Source: Archaeoglobus fulgidus DSM 4304 | Lineage (GTDB): Archaea > Halobacteriota > Archaeoglobi > Archaeoglobales > Archaeoglobaceae | Direction of reading: 5' to 3' | DNA length: 32,000 bases | Assembly: GCF_000008665.1 (NCBI RefSeq) | Contig: NC_000917.1 | Location: 630,001-662,000 of the forward strand | Shown: piece by piece, positions 16,486-25,653 of the stretch | How the letters are laid out: each line of letters opens with the position of its first letter | How positions within the stretch are numbered: position 1 is the stretch's first letter | Made by a program: the position numbers and the translations under genes | Notes under the pieces: model-generated | Seen by the model: only the letters and a program-made list of their open reading frames with translations | Databases searched by the model: none | Told to the model about the DNA's origin: nothing

Positions 16486-17280
16486 ATGGTGAAAGTTTAC
16501 GTTCTTGTGGACAATAAGGTAGTTGACTTAAGGCCACCGGGAATGAAGGCTGAGTGGGGTTTTTCTGCATACATTGACGCTAAGGAGCCTGTTTTGATGG
16601 ATTCAGGCATCCGATATCGCCTTTAGGAACATGCTGGTGAGGGGGCTTGAATTGCCGCAAAAGATGGTACTGAGCCCACGGCCCACTACGACCACACGGG
16701 CGGGCTGATGAGTGTTTTGAGGCCAAAAATGAAGCTCTACACTCATCCCCATGCTTTCCTGCCGAGGTTTTACAAGGGGATGCATGTGGGCATACCTTTT
16801 GTAAGGGAGAGGATTGAGGCGATGGCTGAGGTTGTGGAGGTTACCGAGCCTCAGGAGGTTGCAAAAGACGTGTGGATGCTTGGAGAAGTGCCAAGGAAGC
16901 ACGAGCAAGCGCTGCTTGAGGACTCCTACATCGTGGTTGATGGAGAAAAGCAGTTTGACGGGCTGCTGGACGATACATCCGTAGCCGTAAAAACCGATAA
17001 AGGATTGCTTCTCGTCCTCGGCTGCTGCCACGCAGGGCTGAGGAACACGGTTGAGTGGGCAGAGGAGGTTGTGGGAGATGAGGTGAAGTACATTGTAGGT
17101 GGGACGCATCTGATCGCCTTCAAGCCTTCAGAGCTTCCTGAAATCATCAAGTGGCTTGATGCCATAATCGAGAAGATTGCTCCCTGCCACTGCACTGGTT
17201 TAGGCTATGAGTTCGTGCTCAAGGAGAAGCTTGGGGAGAAGTATGTGATGGTTGGGAGCGGGAGCGTTTTTGAGGTTTAA
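16486..17280 (+). pseudogene. MBL-fold protein of the COG1237 / DHPS-like family, disrupted by two or three frame changes
   Basis: The N-terminus MVKVYVLVDNKVVDLRPPGMKAEWGFSAYIDAKEPVLMDSG runs into TAG at 16624-16626. The sequence continues in the +1 frame as SDIAFRNMLVRGLELPQKMVLS. It then returns to the original frame at ..AHYDHTGGLMSVLRPKMKLYTHP... and runs to 17280. Confidence 0.65.
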
Positions 17281-17921
17281 GCTCTCAAAAGTTCCACCCC
17301 CAAGTGCCAGTACCTCTCCCCCTCGTAGGCATCCAGAAGCTTCACTTCCAGCCTTTTTTCGAAAATTGGTCCGTCAACAACTAAGGTGTGGAACTCACCA
17401 TCTTCACCGCAGGGGTCGATTCCCCTTTTCTTAACTTCATCAACAAATTTGCGGTCAAATCTTCTTCCAAGAAGGTCTCTGAACTCCTTTTTCGTTGCAA
17501 TGACGTAAGCCTCAAACCCCGCCTCGATGAACTCCTCCGCCAGCTTTTCAGTGCTCTCACCCCACAAAGGGAAAAACGGCTTTACACCACTTTCCCTGCA
17601 AACCCTCTCTATCCACGTCCTGTGCTCTTCGAGGTATATATCCCCGAAAACCGCCCTCTCAACTCCTAATCTGTGAAAGATGCCCTTCAACCTCCTCCCA
17701 TAATCCTCCCACGTTGCCTCTTCAACAACAATGTCTATGCCTATGCTTTCGGCCTGCGCCTTAACAATTTCGGCGTTGATTCCGTGTGCCCTCGCCTTTC
17801 CGTGCTGCATCATGCAGACGAGGCTGTCAACTTCCATTTCCTTCATTGCCCTCCATAATGCAAGGCAGCTATCCTTTCCACCACTCCACATTGCGATTGT
17901 TTTGCCAGCGGTCATGCTCAC
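17277..17921 (-). CDS. PP-loop ATP pyrophosphatase of the MJ0570/Dph6 (diphthine-ammonia ligase-like) family
   Basis: 214 aa. Motifs [14 protein letters not shown] and ...[16 protein letters not shown]. The start (GTG at 17921 or ATG at 17915) overlaps or abuts the cbiX stop. Confidence 0.8.
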
Positions 17922-18316
17922 TCCTCACCTTTCCCGTCCCTGCCGATCCTGAACACGGAGTTGAGGATGGCGTAGGTGACGAAGTAGTCCTCTCCGATTG
18001 GCTCGCAGATTACAACCTTCTTCCCCTCAAACTCTCCCTCTTTAATCCCTCTTCCCCTCGGAAAACCGAGCAAATCCGGCAGGTCCTCGGTGACGTGCAA
18101 GCCATAGGAGATGAAGAGGGGGACTACATAAATGATATCGCAGTTCATCTCCCTTATCGCCTCATCGGGCATCGGCCTCCTTTTCCTCGCAGCAAAGGCT
18201 ATCTTAACCTCATCAAAGGCTCCGCTCTCCTCAATCCTCTTCCTGTGCAGCTCCATAACCTCTCTGTAGTGGTTGAGCTGGCTTCCGTGCCCAACTATAA
18301 CCAGACCTCTTCTCAT
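17918..18316 (-). CDS. cbiX: Sirohydrochlorin cobaltochelatase, small form (CbiX-S)
   Basis: 132 aa. Motifs [14 protein letters not shown] and [23 protein letters not shown]. Confidence 0.9.
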
Positions 18317-18912
18317 TCCATCACCTCCCTTTCAACAAAAATTATTGTGTAATCCGATTCCAGCTCGATGGAATCGGCATTCCCTTCTCTAATCCTCTCT
18401 CCCTCCATGCAGAGGTTTTCGAGAAGAACGACCCTCCTTTTACCGAGCCTCTCAAGCGGAAAGTGCGAGTCAGCGAGAATGAGCAGGTGTCTGTACTTTA
18501 GAAGCTCGGTAAGCTCGGCATCAAAATCCTTGGCGTGGCAGTCCACTACTGCTACCTCACTCAAATCAACCTTCAGCCTTGCGAGGGCAACCTGAACGCT
18601 GGAAATGGCGGGCTCGATTTTAATTTCAACATCTTCAGCAATCTCCCTCAAAACTCTCCCCAGCCCGGCAACCATGGGGTCTCCGGTGGAGATTACAGCA
18701 ACCTCCCTCTCCCTCCCCTCCTCCATAATTCTCCTGATTTCATCTCCCTTAAAGCTCCTCAATATTCTCGCCCTGCTGTCATCCACAACACCAGCCAGCT
18801 CCAACGCCCTTCTGCTTCCGTAGATTACCTCCGCCCTTTCTATGATTTCCTTAGCCCTTTCAGTGGTCTGTCCCCTGCACGTCCCAGACCCAACTATCCA
18901 TATCATCCTCAA
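18313..18912 (-). CDS. cbiE: Cobalt-precorrin-7 C5-methyltransferase
   Basis: 199 aa. Tetrapyrrole methylase N-terminus [11 protein letters not shown]...[15 protein letters not shown], then [12 protein letters not shown]. About 200 aa without a CbiT domain. Confidence 0.8.
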
Positions 18913-19756
18913 TCACCACCACTCTAACTCCTTCTTCTCTGGCCCTCTCCTCAATCCTATCCCTGCTGCCAGCCCAGATTTTCAGCAATCCCGGAAATCC
19001 CACGATAATCTTCTCTCCCGGATGCTTTAGAGCCTCATCAATGTGCACTCCGAAGACGAAGGGCTGATATTCGGGAAACTTCTTCCTTGCGTAGAGCCAA
19101 GCCTTTCTGCCCGTTGTAATTGCTATTCTGTGGTACTGCATCGCAATTTTCAGCTTCGTCTCTACAAGCTTCTTACACCACGGCTCAACGAAGCCAGTTG
19201 TTCCCAGTATGGATATTCCGCCTTTTATCCCTACCTTTTCGTTGCCGGTCTTCTTGGCCACCTCTTCCCCATCCGGAACAGAAATCCTAACTCCTCCACT
19301 GAAATTAAACTCCCTGCTGGCTTTTATGAAGTTCTCAAGGATTTGAAGCTTTGCAGACCTGCTTACCGCCTTCTCTCCAGCCTTAACACCTACGCCCCTG
19401 CCGAAAAATATTCCAGATGTTTCGCAAACCTCAGCCTCAAAGATAATGCCGTTGGTAACATCAAACTCGTGGTCGCCCGAGAACTTCCTCACCCTCGCAA
19501 AGCCCTTTTCAGCTTCAACCTCCACCTCAACATCCACCCCTGCAGGCGTGGAAACCTTTACTTTTTCCACTTTCTCTTTCAGAGAGGCAATAGCAGCAAC
19601 AGCAGCAGCGGAGGCTGTAGTTCCAGTAGTTATCCCCCTCCGCAGATAGCCGTCCTCCGTGAGAATGTAAAGCCCTGACCTTACCTTCTTCTCCGCATCC
19701 CTATCCTTAATCCACTTTTCGGGATAGCGGTAAAGCTCAATCGGGTCTATCAGCAT
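18860..19756 (-). CDS. cbiD: Cobalt-precorrin-5B C1-methyltransferase
   Basis: 298 aa. Motifs LRRGITTGTTASAAAVAAIASL and ISILGTTGFVEPW. Confidence 0.88.
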   Translation of the reverse strand: MLIDPIELYRYPEKWIKDRDAEKKVRSGLYILTEDGYLRRGITTGTTASAAAVAAIASLKEKVEKVKVSTPAGVDVEVEVEAEKGFARVRKFSGDHEFDVTNGIIFEAEVCETSGIFFGRGVGVKAGEKAVSRSAKLQILENFIKASREFNFSGGVRISVPDGEEVAKKTGNEKVGIKGGISILGTTGFVEPWCKKLVETKLKIAMQYHRIAITTGRKAWLYARKKFPEYQPFVFGVHIDEALKHPGEKIIVGFPGLLKIWAGSRDRIEERAREEGVRVVVIEDDMDSWVWDVQGTDH

Positions 19757-21077
19757 GCTCGATCAGGCAGTTAACTATCGCAGCACAAATCCCGCTTCCT
19801 CCTCTCGGCCCCTCGGTTGTCACTGAAGGAACTGGCAGCTTTCTGACCATCTCCTTCGACTCTGCAGCATTCACGAAGCCAACGGGAGTGGCAACGATGA
19901 ACCTTGGCGGATGCTTCTCAGCCACCTCGCATAAAGCAAAGGCTGCCGAGGGCGAGTTGCCAATGGCAACCAAACTTCCCTCAATCATCTCCGCAAGATT
20001 TCTGATGCCTGAAGCAGTCCTCGTGTCATCACCTCTGGCAAAGTCTACAGCAACAATCGCATCTCTCCTCAAACCGGCCCTTACCATGTGCACGTCTGCG
20101 ATTATCCTGCAGCCATCCCGCAAAGCTCGGACTCCCTCCTCGGTATCCCCCACAAACCTGATAACGTCCTTTATCGTCACATCCCCCGTTGTCGCGATGC
20201 ATCTCCTAATTATGTCCCCTCTCAGCCCCTCTTCAGGATAAAAGCTCCTTAGAATCTCCTCGCTCCTTCTCGCCACCTCCATTCCACCTTTCGTCGATGC
20301 TCCCATCCTTTCCGCCCTTCTCTTTTCACCGATATTGTACTTATTCGAGTAACCGCGGGGCGTGAACATCTTCCCATCCACAACCTTCGTCTCTGAATTT
20401 CCCACAATCAGAATGGTGTTCATGTCCACCTCATCAACCTCAGAAACTCTCCTGATTTCAACCTGCTGCCCCTCTCTGCCCGCGTTCCTCACAACCCCGA
20501 CCCACGCATCTCCCCTGAACCTTCTAACTATCTCCATTGCCTTTCTGAAGTTTTCCTTCCTCCTTCTGCTGGATGGGTTGTAGATTGCCACCACAAAATC
20601 CCCGCTTAGGGCGTAAAGGAGCCTCTTCTCCACCACACTCCACGGAACCAGCAAATCGCTGAGGCTAACAACAGCAAAATCACCGCTTATAGCTGAGCCG
20701 AGCAGTGATGAGGCTGCTGAGGCAGCTGTTACACCCGGAATAGCCTCAATTTCAACATCAACCTTTTTCTCTACAGCATACTCAATGACGAGAGGAAGGA
20801 TGCCATAAATGGATGGATCACCACCGCTGATGAGGGCAACAACGTGCTCTTTGGCAAGCTCAAGGGCAATCTTTACTCTATCCAACTCCTTCCTCATTGG
20901 AGTCGTGACGACCTTCTTCCCCTCAATTAGATGTGAGATTCTATCAACGTAGGTCTGATAGCCTACGATATAATCAGCCTCCTCAATGGCCCTTTTTGCC
21001 TTCAATGTCATCAGCTCCTCCTTTCCCGGGCCTATTCCAACCACGTAGAGCTTACCACGCGATGGCAACAGTAACAC
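19737..21077 (-). CDS. cbiH: Fusion protein: cobalt-factor III / precorrin-3B C17-methyltransferase (CbiH) + cobalt-precorrin-8 methylmutase (CbiC)
   Basis: 446 aa. The N-terminal methylase has LYVVGIGPGKEELMTLKAKRAIEEADYIVGYQTY and ISGGDPSIYG. The C-terminal roughly 200 aa carry CbiC motifs: IIADVHMVRAGL, VAIGNSPSAAFAL, IVATPVGFVNAAESKE. Confidence 0.9.
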   Translation of the reverse strand: MLLLPSRGKLYVVGIGPGKEELMTLKAKRAIEEADYIVGYQTYVDRISHLIEGKKVVTTPMRKELDRVKIALELAKEHVVALISGGDPSIYGILPLVIEYAVEKKVDVEIEAIPGVTAASAASSLLGSAISGDFAVVSLSDLLVPWSVVEKRLLYALSGDFVVAIYNPSSRRRKENFRKAMEIVRRFRGDAWVGVVRNAGREGQQVEIRRVSEVDEVDMNTILIVGNSETKVVDGKMFTPRGYSNKYNIGEKRRAERMGASTKGGMEVARRSEEILRSFYPEEGLRGDIIRRCIATTGDVTIKDVIRFVGDTEEGVRALRDGCRIIADVHMVRAGLRRDAIVAVDFARGDDTRTASGIRNLAEMIEGSLVAIGNSPSAAFALCEVAEKHPPRFIVATPVGFVNAAESKEMVRKLPVPSVTTEGPRGGSGICAAIVNCLIEHADRPD

Positions 21078-21801
21078 CTCCGTAAACCCTCTTTGGGAGT
21101 ATTAGCTCTCCCGAATTTGATGCGTAAATTGCACAGGCTTCGGCCACATTTTTAACACCTATCTTAACTGCCTTCGTCTCTCTTATATCCATGGAGTTGA
21201 TTTCCTCCGCCCTCACAAAAATCAGCGGTCTCTTTAACCTGTTCGCCACCTCCACAATTGCGCTGTCCCTCTTCGCATCAACCGTGGAGATTACCCTTAT
21301 TTCCTCCATCCTCCCTCCAACTTCCTCAAGCGCCATTGCAATGGCCTCAAGAATCTCATCCGCCGTGGCATTTTTCCTGAACCCCACCCCAACGCTGTAG
21401 CCCTCGGTGAATTCCATTGCAGTTGTGATGACAGCCTTCAGCCCAGCTTCCTCAAGCTTCTTTGCCACCTCATTCCCGCCGTGATGCCCGCCCAGCATCA
21501 CCACAGCGTGCTTTAGCGGCTTGTCCAGCACTATTACTGCCGGGTCTTTCCACTTCCCCCTCAGCCTTCCGCAGATGCCCCTCACAACAATTCCAGAGGC
21601 GAGGTAGGCAACAATGCAGTCATACTGCAGAACATCATCCCACACATCCTTGCTGTAATCAACAAACTCCACCTCGTAGCTTCTGCCGAGAATTTCCTTC
21701 AGGGCTTCAAGCTTTGGCCTGTCCTTTTCAAAGCAGAGAATGGCAACCTTAAGAGTAGAGGTGCGACCTCTCATCGTATCCCTCAACGACCTTTCCCACA
21801 A
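21052..21801 (-). CDS. cbiG: Cobalt-precorrin-5A hydrolase (short CbiG)
   Basis: 249 aa. Motifs YLASGIVVRGICG, KDPAVIVLD and VVMLGGHHGGNEVA. The start is uncertain (ATG at 21801 or 21774), and both candidates overlap the cbiF 3' end. Confidence 0.82.
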   Translation of the reverse strand: MWERSLRDTMRGRTSTLKVAILCFEKDRPKLEALKEILGRSYEVEFVDYSKDVWDDVLQYDCIVAYLASGIVVRGICGRLRGKWKDPAVIVLDKPLKHAVVMLGGHHGGNEVAKKLEEAGLKAVITTAMEFTEGYSVGVGFRKNATADEILEAIAMALEEVGGRMEEIRVISTVDAKRDSAIVEVANRLKRPLIFVRAEEINSMDIRETKAVKIGVKNVAEACAIYASNSGELILPKRVYGGVTVAIAW

Positions 21802-22453
21802 TAATGGTTGCAGTCCTTCTTATCCCCTTCTCCCTCACCTTCTCCGCAATATCTTTGAGTGTGCCCTTAATCCTTATCTCATCCTCCCTTGAGGCGTGGA
21901 AGACAACGGCGCAGGGCTCATCCCACCCCCTCACTCTTGCAATTTTTTCCGCTATCTCACCAATTTTGTCAACGCCAAGGAGAATTACGAGAGTGAGGGG
22001 CAGCCTTGCAAGCTCCTCAAGATGGTCTTTCTCAAGAGTTTTCCCTGCTGGCCTGACTATAGCAACTCCCTCCGTTGAGGGGGAGGTCAGCTCAATTCCA
22101 AGTGATGCGGCTGAAGCAAAAACGCTGCTCACACCCGGAACAACCTCGCAGTCAATCCCTCTCCTCCTCAGCTCCCTTATTTGCTCCCAGACAGCCCCGA
22201 AAATTGATGGATCTCCACTCTGCACCCTAACAACCCTCTTTCCCCTTTTCACGTATCTTTCAATCAAATCAACAATCTCTTCGAGGGTTTTGCCGTGGCT
22301 GTTCACCTTCTCCCCCTTAAACTCCTCAAAAAACTTCTCAGGAACAATCGAGCCGGGGTAAACTACCAAATCCGCCTCCTTAAGCAGTTTGTAGGCCTTT
22401 AAGGTTAAAAGCTCTGGATTTCCCGGTCCGAAGCCCACGAAGTAAACCTTCAT
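21749..22453 (-). CDS. cbiF: Cobalt-precorrin-4 C11-methyltransferase
   Basis: 234 aa. Motifs MKVYFVGFGPGNPELLTLKAYKLLKEADLVVYPGS, VRVQSGDPSIFGA and VPGVSSVFA. Confidence 0.9.
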   Translation of the reverse strand: MKVYFVGFGPGNPELLTLKAYKLLKEADLVVYPGSIVPEKFFEEFKGEKVNSHGKTLEEIVDLIERYVKRGKRVVRVQSGDPSIFGAVWEQIRELRRRGIDCEVVPGVSSVFASAASLGIELTSPSTEGVAIVRPAGKTLEKDHLEELARLPLTLVILLGVDKIGEIAEKIARVRGWDEPCAVVFHASREDEIRIKGTLKDIAEKVREKGIRRTATIIVGKVVEGYDERSHLYS

Positions 22454-23055
22454 CTCTCCTCAACTCTCCTCGCAACCATCACGCTGAAGTAGCTCGACTT
22501 CTCGGGCATTTCACAGTAAATTTTCTCCCCATTCATGAAAAGCTTTTCAAGCAGAGTGAAATCGTTGTAACCTTTTTCTCTCAACCTTCTCTCCACCTCC
22601 CTCGGATTCTTGACCTTCAGCACAACGGCAACATCTGCATCTCTAAAATCCTGAGTTGCAATTAAGGCGGATCTGGTTACGAAAGTCTCAGTTTTGGCGA
22701 GGGCAACTGAGATGCTGCTGATTCCGGGGATTACCTTTACTGTCAGATTGGGGTCGAGCTTCCTTACCTCCCTCACAAGATGGTTAAAGGTGGAGTAGAA
22801 AACCGGGTCGCCTATGCAGCAGAAGGCAACCGTGCCATCGAACTCGTTAATCTCCTTTGCAAGATTTTTCACAACCTCCTCGCTGTCCCCCATCGGGAAC
22901 TCAACAACTCTCGGCTCCCTAATATCCTTAATAACCTCGTAGGCCATCTTTCCCGGCACAACAACGTCATCTACTTCCTTAATCACATCAATAGCCTCAA
23001 GCGTGAGGTGCTTCTTTGTCAGGCCAATTCCAACGCCGTAGAGCAGTTTTGCCAT
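22450..23055 (-). CDS. cbiL: Cobalt-factor II / precorrin-2 C20-methyltransferase
   Basis: 201 aa. Motifs LYGVGIGLTKKHLTLEAIDVIKEVDDVVVPG, CIGDPVFYSTF and IPGISSISVA. A TATA-like box at 23076-23085 lies about 25 nt upstream of the ATG. Confidence 0.85.
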   Translation of the reverse strand: MAKLLYGVGIGLTKKHLTLEAIDVIKEVDDVVVPGKMAYEVIKDIREPRVVEFPMGDSEEVVKNLAKEINEFDGTVAFCCIGDPVFYSTFNHLVREVRKLDPNLTVKVIPGISSISVALAKTETFVTRSALIATQDFRDADVAVVLKVKNPREVERRLREKGYNDFTLLEKLFMNGEKIYCEMPEKSSYFSVMVARRVEER

Positions 23056-23075
23056 TGCTGCAACTCTAAACTCAG

Positions 23076-23116
23076 TTAAATAAATCTTACTGAAAATCCA
23101 AAAAATTTAAATAAAG
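23076..23116. promoter_or_regulatory. Back-to-back divergent promoters of the cbiL... and cbiMNQO-cbiT operons
   Basis: There are two copies of the TTAAATAAA core, at 23076-23085 (serving cbiL on the minus strand, apparently leaderless) and at 23106-23116 (serving cbiM). A GGAGGTG Shine-Dalgarno-like element at 23144-23150 lies 5 nt before the cbiM ATG. Confidence 0.4.
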
Positions 23117-23155
23117 TCAATCTGACACAAGCTCAAGAAATCTGGAGGTGTTGTG

Positions 23156-23809
23156 ATGCACATAATGGAGGGTTACCTGCCACCTGAGTGGGCTGCATTC
23201 TGGTATGTTTTTGCCATACCATTTCTGGTCTACGGAGCTCTTCGAGTTAAGAGGATTATAGAGGAAAAGCCATCGATGAAGTCCTTAATTGCTGTTTCTG
23301 CAGGCTTCATCTTCGTCCTCTCAGCCCTCAAGCTTCCATCTGTGACTGGAAGCTGCTCACATCCGACTGGGACTGGCATAGCAGTGGTGTTTTTCGGGCC
23401 TGCGGTGACAGCCCTGCTTTCGGCAATAGTGCTGCTCTACCAAGCCTTGCTGCTGGCTCATGGAGGGATAACAACGCTCGGAGCAAACACTGCTTCCATG
23501 GGCGTTATAGGCCCCTTTGTTGGGTGGATTGCTTTCAAGCTGCTGAAGAATGTCAATTTCAGAGTGGCTGTTTTTGCTGCTGCGATGCTCTCGGATCTGG
23601 TAACTTATGTGGTCACCTCACTGCAGCTCGCCCTTGCCTTTCCCAGCTCAGCTGGAGTTGCAGGCATAATCAAATCCGCTGCGACCTTCATGGGCATATT
23701 CGCCGTAACTCAGGTTCCGCTCTCCATCATTGAGGGCGTGGTGGCTGTGATGCTCGTCTCCTACATCTTTGAAGTTAGAAGCGACGTTCTGGAGGTGGTA
23801 AAGGCATGA
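23156..23809 (+). CDS. cbiM: Cobalt ECF transporter substrate-capture component CbiM
   Basis: The N-terminus MHIMEGYLP is the hallmark Met-His N-terminus, and the protein is polytopic. ATG at 23156 is preferred to the tracked GTG at 23153. Confidence 0.9.
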   Translation: MHIMEGYLPPEWAAFWYVFAIPFLVYGALRVKRIIEEKPSMKSLIAVSAGFIFVLSALKLPSVTGSCSHPTGTGIAVVFFGPAVTALLSAIVLLYQALLLAHGGITTLGANTASMGVIGPFVGWIAFKLLKNVNFRVAVFAAAMLSDLVTYVVTSLQLALAFPSSAGVAGIIKSAATFMGIFAVTQVPLSIIEGVVAVMLVSYIFEVRSDVLEVVKA

Positions 23810-24069
23810 AAAAGCTTCTTTTACTTCTCATTCTGCTGATTTTTGCTGCCAAGGTTACAGCGGAGGAGTGGGCTGGGGCGGATGAGAAAGCGGAAGAGGT
23901 AATAAAGGAGCTTAAGCCAGACTACGAGCCTTGGTTCAGCCCCATTTTCGAGCCGCCAAGCGGAGAGATTGAAAGCATGCTTTTCAGCCTACAGGCTGCC
24001 ATAGGCTCGCTCATCATAGGCTACTTCCTCGGCTACTACAGAGGGCTGAAGCATGCACGAAACGCTTGA
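23806..24069 (+). CDS. cbiN: Cobalt transport protein CbiN
   Basis: 87 aa with two TM segments flanking an acidic loop (EEWAGADEKAEE...). ATGA coupled to cbiM, and positioned between cbiM and cbiQ. Confidence 0.85.
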   Translation: MKKLLLLLILLIFAAKVTAEEWAGADEKAEEVIKELKPDYEPWFSPIFEPPSGEIESMLFSLQAAIGSLIIGYFLGYYRGLKHARNA

Positions 24070-24775
24070 AGAGGCTCAGGTAAAATCGAGAAAGGTTGTG
24101 GATGGGCATTTGAAGGTTTATCTTGCCTTATCCTCCCTTATCATCGTTCAGATTCTGGGCTGGGGGGCGCAGATTCTGTCGATAGCCCTTTTCGCAGCCC
24201 TCGGGCTTTACGGTGATGGAAGGGCTTATGTTAAAATCCTGAGGGTTCCCTTATTTTTCCTTCTGGCCGGAACTCTCGTCATTCTGTTCACGATTGATGG
24301 AGAAAGCCTTTTCAGATTCTGGATTCTGGAGATTACGGACAGAAGCTTGCTGATTGCGGTAAACACATTGCTGAGGAGCATATCCTCGCTCACGATAGTG
24401 GCGTTTATGATTCTAACAACAACAGTTCCTGAGTTCGTTTCGACGCTTTCAAGGCTTAGAATGCCATCTTTTATCCTCGAACTGATGTTTCTCGCATACA
24501 GGGCAATCCAGATACTTTTCGAGGAGCTTTCCAGACTCGATACGGCAGCTTCAATCAGGATGGGCTACATCAATGCGGCAAAGATGGTAAGGACGACTTC
24601 TTTGCTCGCATTTTCAGCCTTCATCAGGTCAATGAGAAGAGCGGAGATAATGGAGGAGGCCATGCAGGCACGGTGCTACTCTGGACTTCATCCAGAGCCC
24701 TTCGTGGAGAACAGGGGGGTTGGGGTTGCCATAGCGGTTCTTGCATCCCTCTGCCTTGCAGGGTGGCTGTTATGA
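24053..24775 (+). CDS. cbiQ: ECF transporter T component CbiQ
   Basis: 240 aa, polytopic. It carries the conserved coupling-helix region AYRAIQILFEE...AASIRMG. Confidence 0.85.
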   Translation: MHETLEEAQVKSRKVVDGHLKVYLALSSLIIVQILGWGAQILSIALFAALGLYGDGRAYVKILRVPLFFLLAGTLVILFTIDGESLFRFWILEITDRSLLIAVNTLLRSISSLTIVAFMILTTTVPEFVSTLSRLRMPSFILELMFLAYRAIQILFEELSRLDTAASIRMGYINAAKMVRTTSLLAFSAFIRSMRRAEIMEEAMQARCYSGLHPEPFVENRGVGVAIAVLASLCLAGWLL

Positions 24776-25653
24776 TTGAGGCAGTAGACCTCCACTTCTG
24801 CTACGGGGATGCTGAGGTTCTGAAGGGAGTTAACTTCAAAGCTGAGAGGGGGAAGGTTACGGTTCTCATGGGAAGGAATGGTGCTGGAAAAACGACTTTG
24901 CTGAAGCACCTCAACGGCCTTCTGAGGCCCAAATCGGGGAAGGTCATCATTGATGGAAGGGAGCTTAAATACGACAGAAAAAGCCTGCTTGAGGTGAGAA
25001 AGAGGGTTTTTTACGTCTTCCAGAATCCGGACGACCAGATTCTTTCACCAACAGTCTGGCAGGATGTCGCTTTTGGCCCAAGAAATCTCGGGCTGAAGGG
25101 AGAGAGGTTGGAGAGGGTTGTTAGAAATGCTTTGGAGGCTGTGGGTTTGTCGGGATACGAGAAAAGGCTATGCAGCACTCTGAGCGGTGGGGAGAAGAGG
25201 AGGTTGGCCATCGCCTCGGCTTTGGCAATGAATCCCGACTACTGCATCATGGACGAGCCCTCTGCCAACGTAGATGGGGAGGGTTTGAGGATGATTGCTG
25301 AGATTATCAGGAAGCTGCGGGAAGAGGGAAAGGGAGTTGTTGTTTCCACTCACGACGCTGATCTGGCTAAGGAGGTTGGAGATTACTTCTACTTCATGGA
25401 TGATGGGAAAATTGTGTGGGAAGGGGAGGAGTTCAGCTACAGCGTTGCCAGAAAGCTTGGGATAAGGTCTTTCTCGCTGGGAAAGGTGATTCTGGCTGAG
25501 AGTAAAATTGATGATCATCCCTGCTTTTCGGCTGATGAGCTTGAGAGGGCAGTTTTGAAGGCCTTCGAGGGTGAGACTGTGGTGGTTCTGGGGAGGGACG
25601 ATTGGGTTATAAAGGAGCTGGAGAAGTATCCTCTTGAGGTTGAGAGACTATGA
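24772..25653 (+). CDS. cbiO: ECF transporter ATPase CbiO
   Basis: ATG at 24772 overlaps the cbiQ stop (ATGA). Walker A is GRNGAGKTTL, the signature is LSGGEKRRLAIA, and Walker B is CIMDEPSANVD. The tracked start at 24673 is rejected. Confidence 0.9.
   Translation: MIEAVDLHFCYGDAEVLKGVNFKAERGKVTVLMGRNGAGKTTLLKHLNGLLRPKSGKVIIDGRELKYDRKSLLEVRKRVFYVFQNPDDQILSPTVWQDVAFGPRNLGLKGERLERVVRNALEAVGLSGYEKRLCSTLSGGEKRRLAIASALAMNPDYCIMDEPSANVDGEGLRMIAEIIRKLREEGKGVVVSTHDADLAKEVGDYFYFMDDGKIVWEGEEFSYSVARKLGIRSFSLGKVILAESKIDDHPCFSADELERAVLKAFEGETVVVLGRDDWVIKELEKYPLEVERL

Noticed and set aside
17786-18352. 188-aa plus-strand ORF. Similar long plus-strand ORFs lie at 19043..19678 and 21804..22361.
   Set aside because: All are antisense to well-supported cbi or dph6-like genes and have low-complexity Ser/Pro/Leu-rich products.
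23056-23155. Possible cobalamin riboswitch upstream of cbiM
   Set aside because: The intergenic region is only about 100 bp, AT-rich, and lacks a B12-box-like core or extended pairing. It is better explained as two back-to-back promoters.
24673-24771. N-terminal extension of cbiO in the ORF track
   Set aside because: The extension lies inside cbiQ in another frame. The canonical ABC N-terminus MIEAVDL starts at the ATG at 24772, which is coupled to the cbiQ stop.
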